64,000 nucleotides of DNA from Acidobacteriota bacterium (GTDB lineage: Bacteria > Acidobacteriota > Thermoanaerobaculia > Gp7-AA8), in assembly GCA_016184115.1 (NCBI GenBank), contig JACPDH010000011.1, forward strand, positions 48,522 to 112,521, written 5' to 3'. Positions 18,684 through 29,702 of the stretch are shown in pieces. The position numbers and the translations under genes are program-made. Every line of letters starts with the position of its first letter. Within the stretch, counting starts at the first letter, position 1. The notes below the pieces were generated by a model. The model saw only the letters and a program-made list of their open reading frames with translations, was not told the DNA's origin and made no database searches.

Positions 18684-20048
18684 TTGAAACACGTCGTCAT
18701 CGTAGGCCGGCCTAACGTCGGCAAATCGACTCTCTTCAACCGGCTGGCGGGGCGCCGCAGGGCGCTGACGCACGACTTGCCTGGCATGACGCGCGACCGG
18801 TTGACCCTCGAGGCCGGGCTGGGAGACGGACGGCGGTTTCGCGTCACCGACACGGGCGGGCTCGAGTTTGGCGACAATCCGATGTCGGAGTTTGCGACCG
18901 AGATCAGGGAGCAGGCAGAGGCTGCGATTGCCGACGGCGACCTCGTTCTCTTCGTGGTCGATGGTCCCGATGGCGTGTTGGCCGAGGACCGCGACATCGC
19001 GAAGACGTTGCGGCAGGCGTCCCGAAACGTGCTCGTCGTCGTGAACAAGATCGACCGGAGCGCCGGGGAAGCCGCCATCAACGAATTTCACGAGCTCGGC
19101 TTCGAGCGGCTCGTCGCGATCTCCGCGGAGCACGGCACGAACGTCGACCAGGTGATCGACGTCGTGTCGGCGCTCGTGCCCCCCTCGTCCGAGACGACGG
19201 AAGCCGAAGTTCTCTCCGACGCGATTCGGGTCGCGATCATCGGCCGCCCTAACGTCGGCAAGTCGTCGCTCCTCAATCGAATGATGGGCAAGGAGCGCGT
19301 CGTCGTCTCCGAGATTTCGGGAACGACGCGTGACGCGATCGACGAGCGGCTCGAGCGCGAAGGAAAGAGCTATCTCATCATCGATACGGCAGGCATCCGC
19401 CGTAAGGGAAAGACGACCGACGAGGCGGAGAAGCTGGCGGTTATCTCCGCGCGCAAGGCAATCGAGCGTGCGGAGGTCGTCATCCTCGTGATCGATGGGC
19501 TCGAAGGTGTGACGGCGCAGGACGCGCACGTCGCGGGTTACGCGGAAGAGGCAGGACGCGCCGCGATCATCGTCGTGAATAAGTGGGACGCCGTCGAACG
19601 AACAGAGACCCTCACGAAGGAGTTCGAATCGGCGGTACGGCGGCGCCTCAAGTTCCTCGACTACGCGCCGCTCGAGTTCATTTCAGCCAAGCAGGGACGT
19701 CGCGTCGAGAAGATCTTTCCGCGCATCGACGCGATCGCGCAGAACTACCGGGCCCGCTTCCGCACGGCGAGGCTGAATGAAATTCTCGAGAAGTCGGTCG
19801 TCGCGCATCATCCTCCGACTGCAAAGGGAGGAAAGCAGCGGCGTTTCTACTATGCGACGCAGCTGAAGAGCGCGCCGCCGACGTTCGGTCTTTTCTCGAA
19901 CGTCGCCGAGCCAATTCACTTTTCGTACCGGCGCTACCTCGAGAACAAGTTCCGTGAGGCTCTCGGGCTCGAAGGGACTCCGATCCACTTCGTCATTCGC
20001 GGACGCAAGGGGATGAAGGACACCGCGGGGCATCACGGTCGGGGGTGA
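18684..20048 (+). CDS. der: Ribosome biogenesis GTPase Der
   Basis: Two GRPNVGKS G-domains, DTGG/DTAG, NKID/NKWD, C-terminal KH-like domain. Confidence 0.97.
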   Translation: MKHVVIVGRPNVGKSTLFNRLAGRRRALTHDLPGMTRDRLTLEAGLGDGRRFRVTDTGGLEFGDNPMSEFATEIREQAEAAIADGDLVLFVVDGPDGVLAEDRDIAKTLRQASRNVLVVVNKIDRSAGEAAINEFHELGFERLVAISAEHGTNVDQVIDVVSALVPPSSETTEAEVLSDAIRVAIIGRPNVGKSSLLNRMMGKERVVVSEISGTTRDAIDERLEREGKSYLIIDTAGIRRKGKTTDEAEKLAVISARKAIERAEVVILVIDGLEGVTAQDAHVAGYAEEAGRAAIIVVNKWDAVERTETLTKEFESAVRRRLKFLDYAPLEFISAKQGRRVEKIFPRIDAIAQNYRARFRTARLNEILEKSVVAHHPPTAKGGKQRRFYYATQLKSAPPTFGLFSNVAEPIHFSYRRYLENKFREALGLEGTPIHFVIRGRKGMKDTAGHHGRG

Positions 20049-20051
20049 TGT

Positions 20052-20276
20052 TCATCCGTCTACGACCTCAAAATGCTGGACCTCGCCGTTCACGACTCTG
20101 ACGTTGACCGTGCGGCCTGTGTCATCGCGGACCCAGACATGTCCCCGATCGATGGTGGTATCGATCGTATCGATCCGGCGTACCAGATCGTCGGGCGAGT
20201 CGACGATCTCCATCTGGCCGTCGTCGTAGATGATCCGGAGCGGGAATTGCGCCTCCAGCTTCGCGACGTGAGACAT
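20052..20276 (-). CDS. Small hypothetical protein (74 aa)
   Basis: GGAGG RBS before ATG 20276; fills the gap between der and yebC; beta-rich sequence. Confidence 0.6.
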   Translation of the reverse strand: MSHVAKLEAQFPLRIIYDDGQMEIVDSPDDLVRRIDTIDTTIDRGHVWVRDDTGRTVNVRVVNGEVQHFEVVDG

Positions 20277-20388
20277 CGTTCGATCCTCCCGCAACAATGG
20301 TATTCTTTGCCGCCGTCCGTGGCGAGACGTACCATTTCGCACTAGTATTCAGGACCGGCCATCCGAACTTCACAAGGAGCACTGTTTC

Positions 20389-21141
20389 ATGTCGGGTCAT
20401 AGCAAATGGGCGACCATCAAGCGCAAGAAGGGCGCGCTCGACGCCAAGCGGGGGAAGATTTTCACGCGCATCATTCGCGAGCTCACGATCTCGGCGAGGA
20501 TGGGGGGCGGCGATCCAGCCGGTAACCCGCGTCTTCGTGCAGCGATCGACGAAGCGAAGGCGAACAACATGCCGAAGGACAACATCGAGCGGGCCGTCAA
20601 GAAAGGCTCGGGCGGGCTCGAGGGGTCGCAATTCGAGGAGCTGACGTACGAGGGGTATGGCCCAGGGGGCGTCGCGCTGATGGTCGAAGTCATGACCGAC
20701 AACACGAACCGTACGACTCCCGAGATTCGCAAGATCTTCGAGAAAGGTGGCGGCAACTTTGGGAGCCCAGGCTCCGTCCGCTTCCAGTTCGACAAGAAGG
20801 GCTGGTTCCAGATCGAGAAATCGGCTGTCGCCGAAGACCGGCTCATGGAAGTCGTGCTCGACGCGGGTGCCGATGATCTCGACTCGTCCGATCCTGACAC
20901 GTATGAAGTCGTTGTGCAGCCCGACGCCTTTCAGGGCGTCCGCGATGCAATCGATCAGGCGAAGATTCCGGTTGTCGAGGCGAAGGTCGGCATGCTGCCG
21001 AATATCTGGGTCAACATCGACGACGAGAACAGGGCGAAGCAACTCCTTCGCCTCGTAGAGATGCTCGACGATCACGACGACGTGCAGAACGTCTGGTCCA
21101 ACTTCGACATCCCCGAGGAAATCCTCAGCAGGCTCGAATAG
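20389..21141 (+). CDS. yebC: YebC/PmpR family protein
   Basis: MSGHSKWATIKRKK, YEGYGPGG, TDNTNRT, DDVQNVWSN. Confidence 0.97.
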   Translation: MSGHSKWATIKRKKGALDAKRGKIFTRIIRELTISARMGGGDPAGNPRLRAAIDEAKANNMPKDNIERAVKKGSGGLEGSQFEELTYEGYGPGGVALMVEVMTDNTNRTTPEIRKIFEKGGGNFGSPGSVRFQFDKKGWFQIEKSAVAEDRLMEVVLDAGADDLDSSDPDTYEVVVQPDAFQGVRDAIDQAKIPVVEAKVGMLPNIWVNIDDENRAKQLLRLVEMLDDHDDVQNVWSNFDIPEEILSRLE

Positions 21142-21182
21142 CCGCGTTCGAACGATGCCTGCAGGCACAGACAGGAACTTCA

Positions 21183-21207
21183 TCGGGCGGTCGAATCGAC
21201 CGCCCGA
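21183..21207. other. Intergenic hairpin between yebC and ruvC
   Basis: TCGGGCGGTCG-AAT-CGACCGCCCGA, 11-bp stem. Confidence 0.5.
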
Positions 21208-21225
21208 GCTGTTTCAGGCGGGTCA

Positions 21226-21723
21226 ATGAAGGTACTCGGGATCGATCCCGGCTCGGTCGCGACCGGATACGGCATCGTCAGCGAGGTCAAGGGAAACCTC
21301 ACCCTCATCGCTCAGGGGAGCATTCGTGCGGGGCGGGTGAAAGACGATTTTCCGGCGCGACTCCAGCTGATCTTCGAAGGGCTCCAGGAGGTCATCGCGA
21401 CGCACAAGCCGGAGGCGGCGGCGATCGAGACTCCGTTTGCGGGGCGCAACGTGCGAAGCCTCGTACAACTTGCCCAGGCTCGCGGTGTTGCGGTACTCGC
21501 GGCGCGGCTTGCGGGTCTCGAGATCTTCGAGTACGCGCCGAGCGCAGTGAAGAACGCGATCGTCGGTTATGGCCGCGCAGAAAAGCCGCAGGTCGCCCGA
21601 ATGGTGAAGATGTTGCTTCCAGGAATGCGCGATGTGGCTCTCGGTCCCGACGCCGCCGACGCTCTCGCCGTCGCGATCTGCCATGTTCATGTTTCGAAGT
21701 TCACGCGAAGAATTCGCGGATGA
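21226..21723 (+). CDS. ruvC: Holliday junction resolvase RuvC
   Basis: LGIDPG, IE..F, LAQARG, GYGRAEKPQV, DAADALAVAICH. Confidence 0.97.
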   Translation: MKVLGIDPGSVATGYGIVSEVKGNLTLIAQGSIRAGRVKDDFPARLQLIFEGLQEVIATHKPEAAAIETPFAGRNVRSLVQLAQARGVAVLAARLAGLEIFEYAPSAVKNAIVGYGRAEKPQVARMVKMLLPGMRDVALGPDAADALAVAICHVHVSKFTRRIRG

Positions 21724-21765
21724 CTTCTTTCGTCTAAACTCTCGACCGCTGGAGAAACCGAACGC

Positions 21766-23742
21766 ATGAGGCCACCCGAAACGATCCGGCTCACCCCGGG
21801 GAAACGAGTGCTTTTTCTCACGAAGGACATCGAACTGATCCGCCGGCAGCTGGCGGGCGGTCTCGATCTCCGGATGACCGATCTGACCGTCGACGAGCTG
21901 CAGGACGACATCAACACCGACGTGATGACGCCGGCCTGGGTCTGCTTCAGCCATCGACCGGAGGATCTCGCGCGCGATGCGTATGCGGGAATGATCGTCG
22001 AAGGGAAGCGTGTCTTCGAGCGCGACGGATTGATCAACGGCAATTTCGAGGTGATCGTCTCCGGCTTCCGCAAGGGAACCGGAAGCTCACGCGAGACCGC
22101 GGTCCAGGCTGAAAAGTGGGGAGGCATCCGCATCGCGATCGCGGCGTCGTTCGCGCCAATTCACGCGGCGAACAACATCAACCAGGGTGTACTGATGGGC
22201 GATCACGCGATGCTGAAGCGCCTTCAGGCCGGAGAGGGAATCCCTCTACACGAGTTCTACGAGCGCTACGACCCGATCAGTCAGCTCGTCGTGCAGCACG
22301 GTGGGCTCTTCCCCTTCGCAGGCGCGCTCGCTGCCGGCGATGTGACGCTGCCGAAAACCGACACCGCTCCGCGGCCGATGAACATGACGGAGAAAGTGCT
22401 CGCCAGGCACCTGGTCGGCGTGGACGATGGCAGCGTCAAGCCGGGTGATTCAGTCGTCGTCAGCGTCGATGGAGGCTACAGTCACGAGTTCACGACCGCG
22501 CAAGTGCACTACTTCCTCGAGCAGGAGTACGGCAACGATTACGGGATCATCAATCCCGACAAATTTGCGGTCTTCGAAGACCATCTGATCTATGCAGATC
22601 AGGTCGACAAGATGCGGCCGTTCATGCCGAAGATCGAGGAACTGCGGCGGCTGCAGCGCGAGTTCCAGAGACACACCGCGTGCCGCGATTTCTCCGCCGA
22701 GGACGGAGTCTCGCCCGGGATCTGCCACGAGGTTGCGCGCGAGCTCTTCGTCGATCCGGGCGACTTCATCCAGGCGACCGACAGCCACACCTGCATGGGC
22801 GGCGTCAACAACGCGCTTTCGTGGGGTGTCGGAGCGACCGAATACGCGAACCTCGTCCACTCCGGCTTCACGATGGTCGAGGTCCCCGAGGCGATCCGCT
22901 TCGAGCTCGTCGGGAAGCTCGCCGACACGGTCACCGCGAAGGATGTCATGCTTCACATTCTTCTGAACCACGCGAAACCGCAGCTCACACTCGATCGCGT
23001 CATGGAGTTTGGCGGGCCGGGATTGCACTCGATGGCGCTCGATGAGCGTGCCACGCTCGCGAACATGGCGACCGAGTGCGCGGCGCGAGGCGCGATCGTC
23101 GAGGCTGACGAGAAGCTGCTCTCGTGGATCGCCGCGATGCGCCCGGGAGCCGACATCGCTGCGCTGCGCGCTCGAATCGTCGCTCCCGATCCCGACGCGC
23201 AGTATGGCGGTGGAGTCCATGTCGTCGACCTCGGTGCGATTCGGCCGATGGTCGCGCATCCGGGCGATCCCGACCATGGAATCGCATCCGATCCGACGAA
23301 CGGCGCATTCGTCGACGAGATCGGAGACGTTCCGATCGACATCGCCTACGCCGGCAGTTGCACAGCTGGCAAGATCGACGACTTCGAGTTCTATCACCGT
23401 GTCGCGAAGGACGCGGTTGCGGCGGGTAAACAGGTGCCCGTCGGCGTCACGTTCTTCATCCAGTTCGGATCGAAGGCGGTCGAGGAGTACTGCCGCGAGC
23501 ACGGAATGCTCGATACCTTCCGCGCGGCGGGCGCCACGATTCTCGCGCCGGGCTGCGGGGCCTGCATCGGCTGCGGCCCCGGCGTGTCGGAGAGCGTGGA
23601 TCAGGTCACCGTGAGCGCGATCAATCGAAACTTCAAGGGACGGTCGGGACCGGGGAAGCTCTGGCTTGCCTCGCCGCTCACCGTTGCGGCTTCGGCATTC
23701 ACGGGGAAGATCAGCGAGTACAGACCGGGGATGTTCGGTTAG
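21766..23742 (+). CDS. Aconitase-family dehydratase, small-subunit (swivel) domain fused N-terminal to a LeuC-like large domain
   Basis: DDINTD, GTGSSRE, SFAPIH (LeuD-like); GICH, DSHTC, GSCT, GCGACIG, NRNFKGR, LASP (LeuC-like). Confidence 0.9.
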   Translation: MRPPETIRLTPGKRVLFLTKDIELIRRQLAGGLDLRMTDLTVDELQDDINTDVMTPAWVCFSHRPEDLARDAYAGMIVEGKRVFERDGLINGNFEVIVSGFRKGTGSSRETAVQAEKWGGIRIAIAASFAPIHAANNINQGVLMGDHAMLKRLQAGEGIPLHEFYERYDPISQLVVQHGGLFPFAGALAAGDVTLPKTDTAPRPMNMTEKVLARHLVGVDDGSVKPGDSVVVSVDGGYSHEFTTAQVHYFLEQEYGNDYGIINPDKFAVFEDHLIYADQVDKMRPFMPKIEELRRLQREFQRHTACRDFSAEDGVSPGICHEVARELFVDPGDFIQATDSHTCMGGVNNALSWGVGATEYANLVHSGFTMVEVPEAIRFELVGKLADTVTAKDVMLHILLNHAKPQLTLDRVMEFGGPGLHSMALDERATLANMATECAARGAIVEADEKLLSWIAAMRPGADIAALRARIVAPDPDAQYGGGVHVVDLGAIRPMVAHPGDPDHGIASDPTNGAFVDEIGDVPIDIAYAGSCTAGKIDDFEFYHRVAKDAVAAGKQVPVGVTFFIQFGSKAVEEYCREHGMLDTFRAAGATILAPGCGACIGCGPGVSESVDQVTVSAINRNFKGRSGPGKLWLASPLTVAASAFTGKISEYRPGMFG

Positions 23743-23896
23743 GGATGGGGATCTTGGATCGCGCAGCAGGGCTTGGGGGTCTTGGTGCTACGTCACGACC
23801 GAATGTGAGCCTTTTCGGCGCGGTGGAAGTGGTTGGGCTCAAAGGCTAGAATTCGCGCGCCACGATTTCGGTAGTCACTTCCTGGAGGTTCGAACG

Positions 23897-25039
23897 ATGG
23901 ATTTTCGTCTCAGCGACGAGCAGGTTCAGATCAAGACGATGGTGCGGGAGTTCGCCGAGAGCGAGATCCGGCCGCACGTGATGACGTGGGACGAGGCTCA
24001 GACCTTCCCCAAAGAGACGATCAAGAAACTCGGCGAGCTCGGCATGCTTGGCGTGATCTTCCCCGAGGAGTACGGCGGGGCGGGACTCAGCTACGTCGAT
24101 TATGTGAACGTGATCGAGGAACTGGCCGCAGTCGACAGCTCGGTCGGCCTAACTGTCGCCGCGCACAACTCACTCTGCACGGGCCACATCTACATCGCGG
24201 GAAACGACGAGCAGAAGAAGAGCTGGATGCCGAAGCTGACGACCGGGGAGTGGATCGGCGCGTGGGGACTGACCGAGCCCGGCTCGGGAAGCGATGCCTC
24301 AGGAATGCGCACCGTCGCGGTGAAGGACGGGAACGACTGGGTGCTCAACGGCACCAAGAACTTCATCACGAACGCGAGCCACGCAGACATCTCGGTCGTC
24401 CTCGCGGTCACCGACCGAGCCGACCAGAAACACGGCATTACTGCGTTTGCAGTGGAAATGGACCGAAAGGGGATCCGGCCGGGCAAGAAGGAGAACAAGC
24501 TCGGCATGCGCGCATCCGACACGGCGGAGCTCGTACTCGAAGACTGCCGCGTGCCGGCGTCGAGCGTGCTCGGAAAGATCGGCTACGGATTCAAAGATGC
24601 GATGAAGGTACTCGATGGTGGCCGGATCTCGATCGCGGCGCTCGCTCTCGGGATTGCGCGGGGAGCCTACGAGTCGGCACGCGATTACGCGAAGCAGCGA
24701 ATCGCCTTCGGCAAGGCGATCTCCGAGTTTCAAGCGATCCAGTTCATGCTCGCGGACATGGCGACCGAGATCGAAGCGGCGCGGCTCCTCTGCTACAACG
24801 CTGCCGTCACGAAGGATGCCGGTCAGAAGGTCACGCAGCTCTCGGCGATGGCGAAACTCTATGCATCGGAGGTCGCCGTGCGCGCGACCGAGAAGGGAGT
24901 GCAGATTTTCGGCGGCTACGGTTTCATCAAGGAGTTCCCCGCCGAGAAGTACTACCGCGACGTGAAGCTCTGCACGATCGGCGAGGGCACGAGCGAGATC
25001 CAGCGCCTCGTCATCGCCCGAGCTCTCCTCGGCGAGTGA
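23897..25039 (+). CDS. Acyl-CoA dehydrogenase
   Basis: GGAGG RBS; [41 protein letters not shown]. Confidence 0.95.
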   Translation: MDFRLSDEQVQIKTMVREFAESEIRPHVMTWDEAQTFPKETIKKLGELGMLGVIFPEEYGGAGLSYVDYVNVIEELAAVDSSVGLTVAAHNSLCTGHIYIAGNDEQKKSWMPKLTTGEWIGAWGLTEPGSGSDASGMRTVAVKDGNDWVLNGTKNFITNASHADISVVLAVTDRADQKHGITAFAVEMDRKGIRPGKKENKLGMRASDTAELVLEDCRVPASSVLGKIGYGFKDAMKVLDGGRISIAALALGIARGAYESARDYAKQRIAFGKAISEFQAIQFMLADMATEIEAARLLCYNAAVTKDAGQKVTQLSAMAKLYASEVAVRATEKGVQIFGGYGFIKEFPAEKYYRDVKLCTIGEGTSEIQRLVIARALLGE

Positions 25040-25058
25040 ACCGGACGGACCGACGACG

Positions 25059-26012
25059 ATGAGACCCGACGTCGCGACGCTCTCGAGCGAGCTTCTGCAG
25101 GGGAAGTACCGCGCGCTCGCGCAATCGATATCGATGGTCGAGCGCGACGATCCTGCCGCATCACAGCTGCTCGCCGAGACCTATCCGGCAACAGGTCGAG
25201 CGCGGATTCTGGGAATTACCGGATCACCGGGCGCCGGAAAGTCGACACTCGTCGCCGCGATGACACGCTTCTACCGGAAAGCGGGGAAACGCGTCGGCAT
25301 CATCGCGGTCGATCCCACGTCTCCATTCACGGGAGGAGCAATCCTCGGCGATCGGATCCGAATGCAGGATCTCTATACCGATCGCGGAGTCTTCATCAGG
25401 AGCATGGCGACGCGGGGGTTCCTCGGCGGCCTGGCGCGCGCGACGAATGACGTCGTCGACCTACTCGATGCCGCAGGGTTTGACATCGTTATCGTCGAGA
25501 CGGTGGGCGTCGGTCAGGACGAGGTCGAAGTCATTCGCACGGTGCAGTCGAACGTCGTGGTGCTCGTGCCAGGAATGGGCGACGACATCCAGGCGATCAA
25601 GGCGGGGATCATGGAGATTGCTGACGTCTTCGCGATCAATAAAGCCGACCGTCCCGGCGCAGACCGCACTGCGACGGAAGTGATGATGATGATGTCGCTT
25701 GTCGATGAGCATGCCGAGTGGATACCCCCGATCGTCAAGACGGTCGCCTCGCAAGCGAAGGGGATGGCTGAGCTCGACGAAGCGCTGTCGAAGCATAACG
25801 ACTACCTTGTGAGCTCGGGTGAGATGCAGCGTCGAAGCCTCGAGCGAGTCCGGATTCGCGTAGAGACGCACCTGAAGGAGCGTTTCATGGAGAAGCTCGT
25901 CGGCGGAACGTTCTCCGCTGAGGAGTACAACCGAATCCTTGATGACGTTCTCGACAAGAAGACCAACCCGCATGGCGCAGCGGCGGCGATGCTGGGACGA
26001 GTCGGATTCTGA
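25059..26012 (+). CDS. meaB: Methylmalonyl-CoA mutase-associated GTPase
   Basis: GSPGAGKST, AVDPTSPFTGGAILGDRIRM, ETVGVGQ, KAGIMEIAD, NKAD. Confidence 0.95.
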   Translation: MRPDVATLSSELLQGKYRALAQSISMVERDDPAASQLLAETYPATGRARILGITGSPGAGKSTLVAAMTRFYRKAGKRVGIIAVDPTSPFTGGAILGDRIRMQDLYTDRGVFIRSMATRGFLGGLARATNDVVDLLDAAGFDIVIVETVGVGQDEVEVIRTVQSNVVVLVPGMGDDIQAIKAGIMEIADVFAINKADRPGADRTATEVMMMMSLVDEHAEWIPPIVKTVASQAKGMAELDEALSKHNDYLVSSGEMQRRSLERVRIRVETHLKERFMEKLVGGTFSAEEYNRILDDVLDKKTNPHGAAAAMLGRVGF

Positions 26013-26270
26013 AGTGCCTATCGCCAGCCCCGTGCAGGCATCGGCGGAGTTCTCGAGTCGTTGATTCGCAGCGGGGGACTCGCGATCGAAGGGCGCGACG
26101 AGGTGGGGCGCGCGGTCGCTGCCTTCGCGTTCGGGAAGGGAGATTTTGCCGACTATCTCGTCCGCGAGCAGTCGCGCGCTTCCGGCTGCGAGTCGGTCAT
26201 GACGTTTGATGCGACGCTGCTGAAGGAGGCCGGCTTCGTTCGTCCCTCCACGAGGGCGGTCGCCCCCTGA
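26013..26270 (+). pseudogene. C-terminal remnant of a PIN/VapC toxin
   Basis: SAYRQPRAGIGGVLESLIRS...GKGDFADYLV...GCESVMTFD matches the PIN C-terminal half; the N-terminal DTN motif and an antitoxin are absent. Confidence 0.7.
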
Positions 26271-26347
26271 CGTAGACGTCGTGTTTCCCCTAGTTCCGGC
26301 GTGCAGGGCTGGTCTCCGCCGTGCTCGCTGCGTACAATCCGCGCGAC

Positions 26348-28372
26348 ATGAAGATCTCACGGGACTGGCTTTCGGATTTCATCGATCTTTCGGGGATCGA
26401 CGACGGCGCCCTTGCGGCGCGGCTAACGGAGATCGGCCACGCGGTCGAAGCGACCGAATCGCACGGCGATGACTGCGTTTTCGAGATCGAGTTCACGACA
26501 AACCGCGTCGACGCGATGTCGCATCTCGGCATCGCCCGCGAGCTTTGCGCGGCTCTTGGCCGCGATCTCCTTCCGCGTCCCTCCGTTGCGGCCGCAACGA
26601 TCGGCGACACGATTCCCATCCGCATCGACACGCCCGCGATGTGCAGCCGGTACACGGGGCTCGTCGTTCGCGGCGTCAAAGTCGCGCCATCGAGTGCGAA
26701 GATCCAGCGCCGCCTCGAAGCCGTAGGGCTCCGTCCGATCAACAACGTCGTCGACGTGACGAATTACGTGATGATGGCACTCGGCCATCCGCTCCACGCC
26801 TTCGACCTCGCGTTCTTGCAAGGGCCGGAGATCGTCGTTCGCGCGGCGAAGCAGGGCGAGACGATGACGACGCTCGACGGAGTCGAGCGGAAGCTCGACT
26901 CGGAGATGGTCGTGATCGCCGATGCAAAGCGCGGTGTCGCGCTCGGCGGCGTGATGGGAGGGGAGAACAGCGAGATCTCGGAGAGAACGACCGACGTTCT
27001 GCTCGAGTGCGCGCACTTCAACGCCTCGACGATTCGTCGTTCGTCACGCGAGCTCGCGCTTTACACCGACGCCTCGTACCGTTTCGAGCGCGGCGCCGAT
27101 CCTGGCGACACGATCGCCGCGATCGAGCTCGCAGCCGACCTCATCGTCTCGGAAGCGGGCGGGCGAAAAGCGAGCCCAATCGACGCCGTCGCCCGCGTGG
27201 TCGAGCCGAAAGAGGTTTCGCTTCGTCGCGTAACGCTGCAGACCTCCTCCGCAGGCCTCATCGACCTCGACGTTGCCGCCGGCGTGCTCTCGAGACTTGG
27301 GATGGGAGTCGCGGAGAGTCCGGATGCGCTCGTCGTCACCGTACCGACGTGGCGTGGCGATATCAGCGAGGAGATCGATCTCATTGAAGAGGCACTCCGC
27401 TTTCACGGCTTCAACCGTATCCCGTCGGAGCTCCCGCGGGTGACGACCGGGGATGTGACGCGCAATGTCTGGGTCGACGTCGAAGACCGGATGCGCGACA
27501 TCCTATCTGGCTGTGGCCTCTCCGAGGTTGTGACCTACTCGTTCATTCCTCCGGCACAAAACGCTCTCTTCCGCAGCGAGGCCACGCTCGACGTGACCAA
27601 CGCGCTGACCGAGAACATCTCCTCGATGCGGCTCTCTCTCTTGCCGGGACTGCTGCAGTCCGTCGCCTACAACTGGAGCTACGGTATTCGCGACGGCGCG
27701 ATGTTCGAGGTCGGGCGTACCTATCACGTGGCCGGAAAGCTCGCTGAGGAGAAGCACCGCGCGGCGTTCGTGATGTTCGGGGCGCGTTCGGACCATTGGA
27801 GCGAGCGAGGACGGCAGGCTGACTTTTTCGACGGCAAAGGCGTCGTCGAGGTTGTCGCCAGTGCGTTTCACGTCGAGCTCGAATGGGAACGCGTCGAGCG
27901 CAGCTACTTCAGCGCAGACACGGCGGCGAAGGCAATGATCGGTGGACGAGAGGCTGCGGTGGCCGGCGTCGTGTCACGTGACTTGCTGAAGGCGTTCGAC
28001 ATCGGGAGCGGCGTGACGCTCGTCGCTGGCGAGATCGAGTTGTCGGCGATCGCGGAGTCGGCCGCCCCGTGGACGATGACCGATGTGTCGCGATATCCGG
28101 GCGTACCGATGGTCGTGGCGTTCATGCACAAGCCCGACCTCGAGTACGGCACGATCGTCAGGGCAATCCGCGCGATGGAAATCCCACAACTCCGTGACGT
28201 GGGAGTGTGGGATCGCTTCGTGCCTGAGAAGGGCGAAGGTGAGGTCAAGACTGCGCTCGGCCTCTGGTACCAGACGCTCGACCGCTCGCTGACGCAAGAA
28301 GAAGTCGGTGAAGTGCACGCGCGGCTCGTCGAGAAGATTCTCGCCGCGCTGCCGGTCCGCGTCATCACGTAA
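26348..28372 (+). CDS. pheT: Phenylalanine-tRNA ligase beta subunit (short form)
   Basis: MKISRDWL, TTNRVDAMSHLGIARE, NNVVDVTNYVM, ASYRFERG, DLIEE, MRLSLLPGLL. Confidence 0.95.
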   Translation: MKISRDWLSDFIDLSGIDDGALAARLTEIGHAVEATESHGDDCVFEIEFTTNRVDAMSHLGIARELCAALGRDLLPRPSVAAATIGDTIPIRIDTPAMCSRYTGLVVRGVKVAPSSAKIQRRLEAVGLRPINNVVDVTNYVMMALGHPLHAFDLAFLQGPEIVVRAAKQGETMTTLDGVERKLDSEMVVIADAKRGVALGGVMGGENSEISERTTDVLLECAHFNASTIRRSSRELALYTDASYRFERGADPGDTIAAIELAADLIVSEAGGRKASPIDAVARVVEPKEVSLRRVTLQTSSAGLIDLDVAAGVLSRLGMGVAESPDALVVTVPTWRGDISEEIDLIEEALRFHGFNRIPSELPRVTTGDVTRNVWVDVEDRMRDILSGCGLSEVVTYSFIPPAQNALFRSEATLDVTNALTENISSMRLSLLPGLLQSVAYNWSYGIRDGAMFEVGRTYHVAGKLAEEKHRAAFVMFGARSDHWSERGRQADFFDGKGVVEVVASAFHVELEWERVERSYFSADTAAKAMIGGREAAVAGVVSRDLLKAFDIGSGVTLVAGEIELSAIAESAAPWTMTDVSRYPGVPMVVAFMHKPDLEYGTIVRAIRAMEIPQLRDVGVWDRFVPEKGEGEVKTALGLWYQTLDRSLTQEEVGEVHARLVEKILAALPVRVIT

Positions 28373-28484
28373 CGAAATCCGACTTAGCGCGGTCACGGCG
28401 TGCCGGACCACGGCCGTAGATTCAAATTCGAACGGGCAGAGGCACGGTATGGTGAGCCTCTGCGCGTCACTCTGGGAGAGACGA

Positions 28485-28859
28485 ATGTCGAAGAAGAGCA
28501 AAGAAGCCGAACAGCTGACCATCGAAGGGACGAGCGAAACCGAGATCCTCGCGAGGCTCGCGGAGCGCGTCGACCGAGCGGTGACGCTGATCGCGCAGTT
28601 GCGGCGGGAGAACGAAGAGTTGGGCGCGAAGGTCGAAACGCTCGAAGGGGAGCTGAAGGACGCCGTCGGCGCACGCGACGCCGCGTCGTCACGCGCCGCT
28701 GAAGCCGAGGCGCGCGCCGCGGAGCTCGAAAGCGACGGATCGTCGCGCGCTGACGAGATGGAGGCGGAGCTCGAGCGGCTCAAGAGCGAGCGAGATGCGA
28801 TCCGCAGCCGGGTCGAAGGAATGCTGGAAAAGCTGGAAGGCCTCGAGGTGGAGGACTAG
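28485..28859 (+). CDS. Coiled-coil protein, ZapB-like
   Basis: Heptad repeats LAERVDRAVTLIAQLRREN...ERDAIRSRVEGMLEKL; position after pheT. Confidence 0.7.
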   Translation: MSKKSKEAEQLTIEGTSETEILARLAERVDRAVTLIAQLRRENEELGAKVETLEGELKDAVGARDAASSRAAEAEARAAELESDGSSRADEMEAELERLKSERDAIRSRVEGMLEKLEGLEVED

Positions 28860-28870
28860 AGGAGAGAAGC

Positions 28871-28957
<87 letters not shown>

Positions 28958-29081
28958 AATCGGCGCGCGATTCTACGAATCGCGTGATGGCAAAGTCAAT
29001 AACATCGCATCAAATTCCTCTGCCTTCCCCTGCAGCGGCCTGAGCCGCTATCCTGTTCACGCGCGCCGCGCGACAGTTCTG

Positions 29082-29696
29082 ATGAGCGAACAACCACAGC
29101 CGACCCCGACTCCGGAAGATGAGGCCTCGAGCGCGCCGATGCTCGTGAGCAGAGGCGAGCTGAATCTCCCGAACTCGCTCACCCTTTTTCGGATCTTCCT
29201 GGTCCCGTTGCTCGTCGTGGTGCTGCTCACGAAGTTCACCGGACGCGAGTACGTCGGACTCGCCATTTTTCTCATCGCCGCGATCACAGACTTCTTCGAC
29301 GGCTATCTCGCGCGAAAGTACAACCAGGTCACGCGGCTCGGTATGCTGCTCGATCCGATTGCCGACAAGCTGCTCGTCTCGGCCGCGTTCATTTCGCTCG
29401 TCGAGCTCCAGCTCGCGCCAGCGTGGATGATCGTGATCATCATCGGACGCGAGTTCGCCGTATCGGGACTTCGTTCGATCGCGACGCAGCATGGCGTCAC
29501 GATTCCTGCATCGCCGCTCGGCAAGGGGAAGATGGTCTCTCAGGTGATCGCGATCTCGATTCTGATTCTCGGCTACGAGCTCGGTCGCTTCATGTTCATC
29601 GGAAAGGTCGCGCTCTGGTTCGTGATGTTCTTCGCGATCGTGTCGGGCGTCGACTACTTCATGAAGTTCTCGCGCGTGTTTCTCCGCCGTAGTTAG
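29082..29696 (+). CDS. pgsA: CDP-diacylglycerol--glycerol-3-phosphate 3-phosphatidyltransferase
   Basis: NLPNSLTLFRI, TDFFDGYLAR..LDPIADKLL. Confidence 0.93.
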   Translation: MSEQPQPTPTPEDEASSAPMLVSRGELNLPNSLTLFRIFLVPLLVVVLLTKFTGREYVGLAIFLIAAITDFFDGYLARKYNQVTRLGMLLDPIADKLLVSAAFISLVELQLAPAWMIVIIIGREFAVSGLRSIATQHGVTIPASPLGKGKMVSQVIAISILILGYELGRFMFIGKVALWFVMFFAIVSGVDYFMKFSRVFLRRS

Positions 29697-29702
29697 GCGG
29701 CT

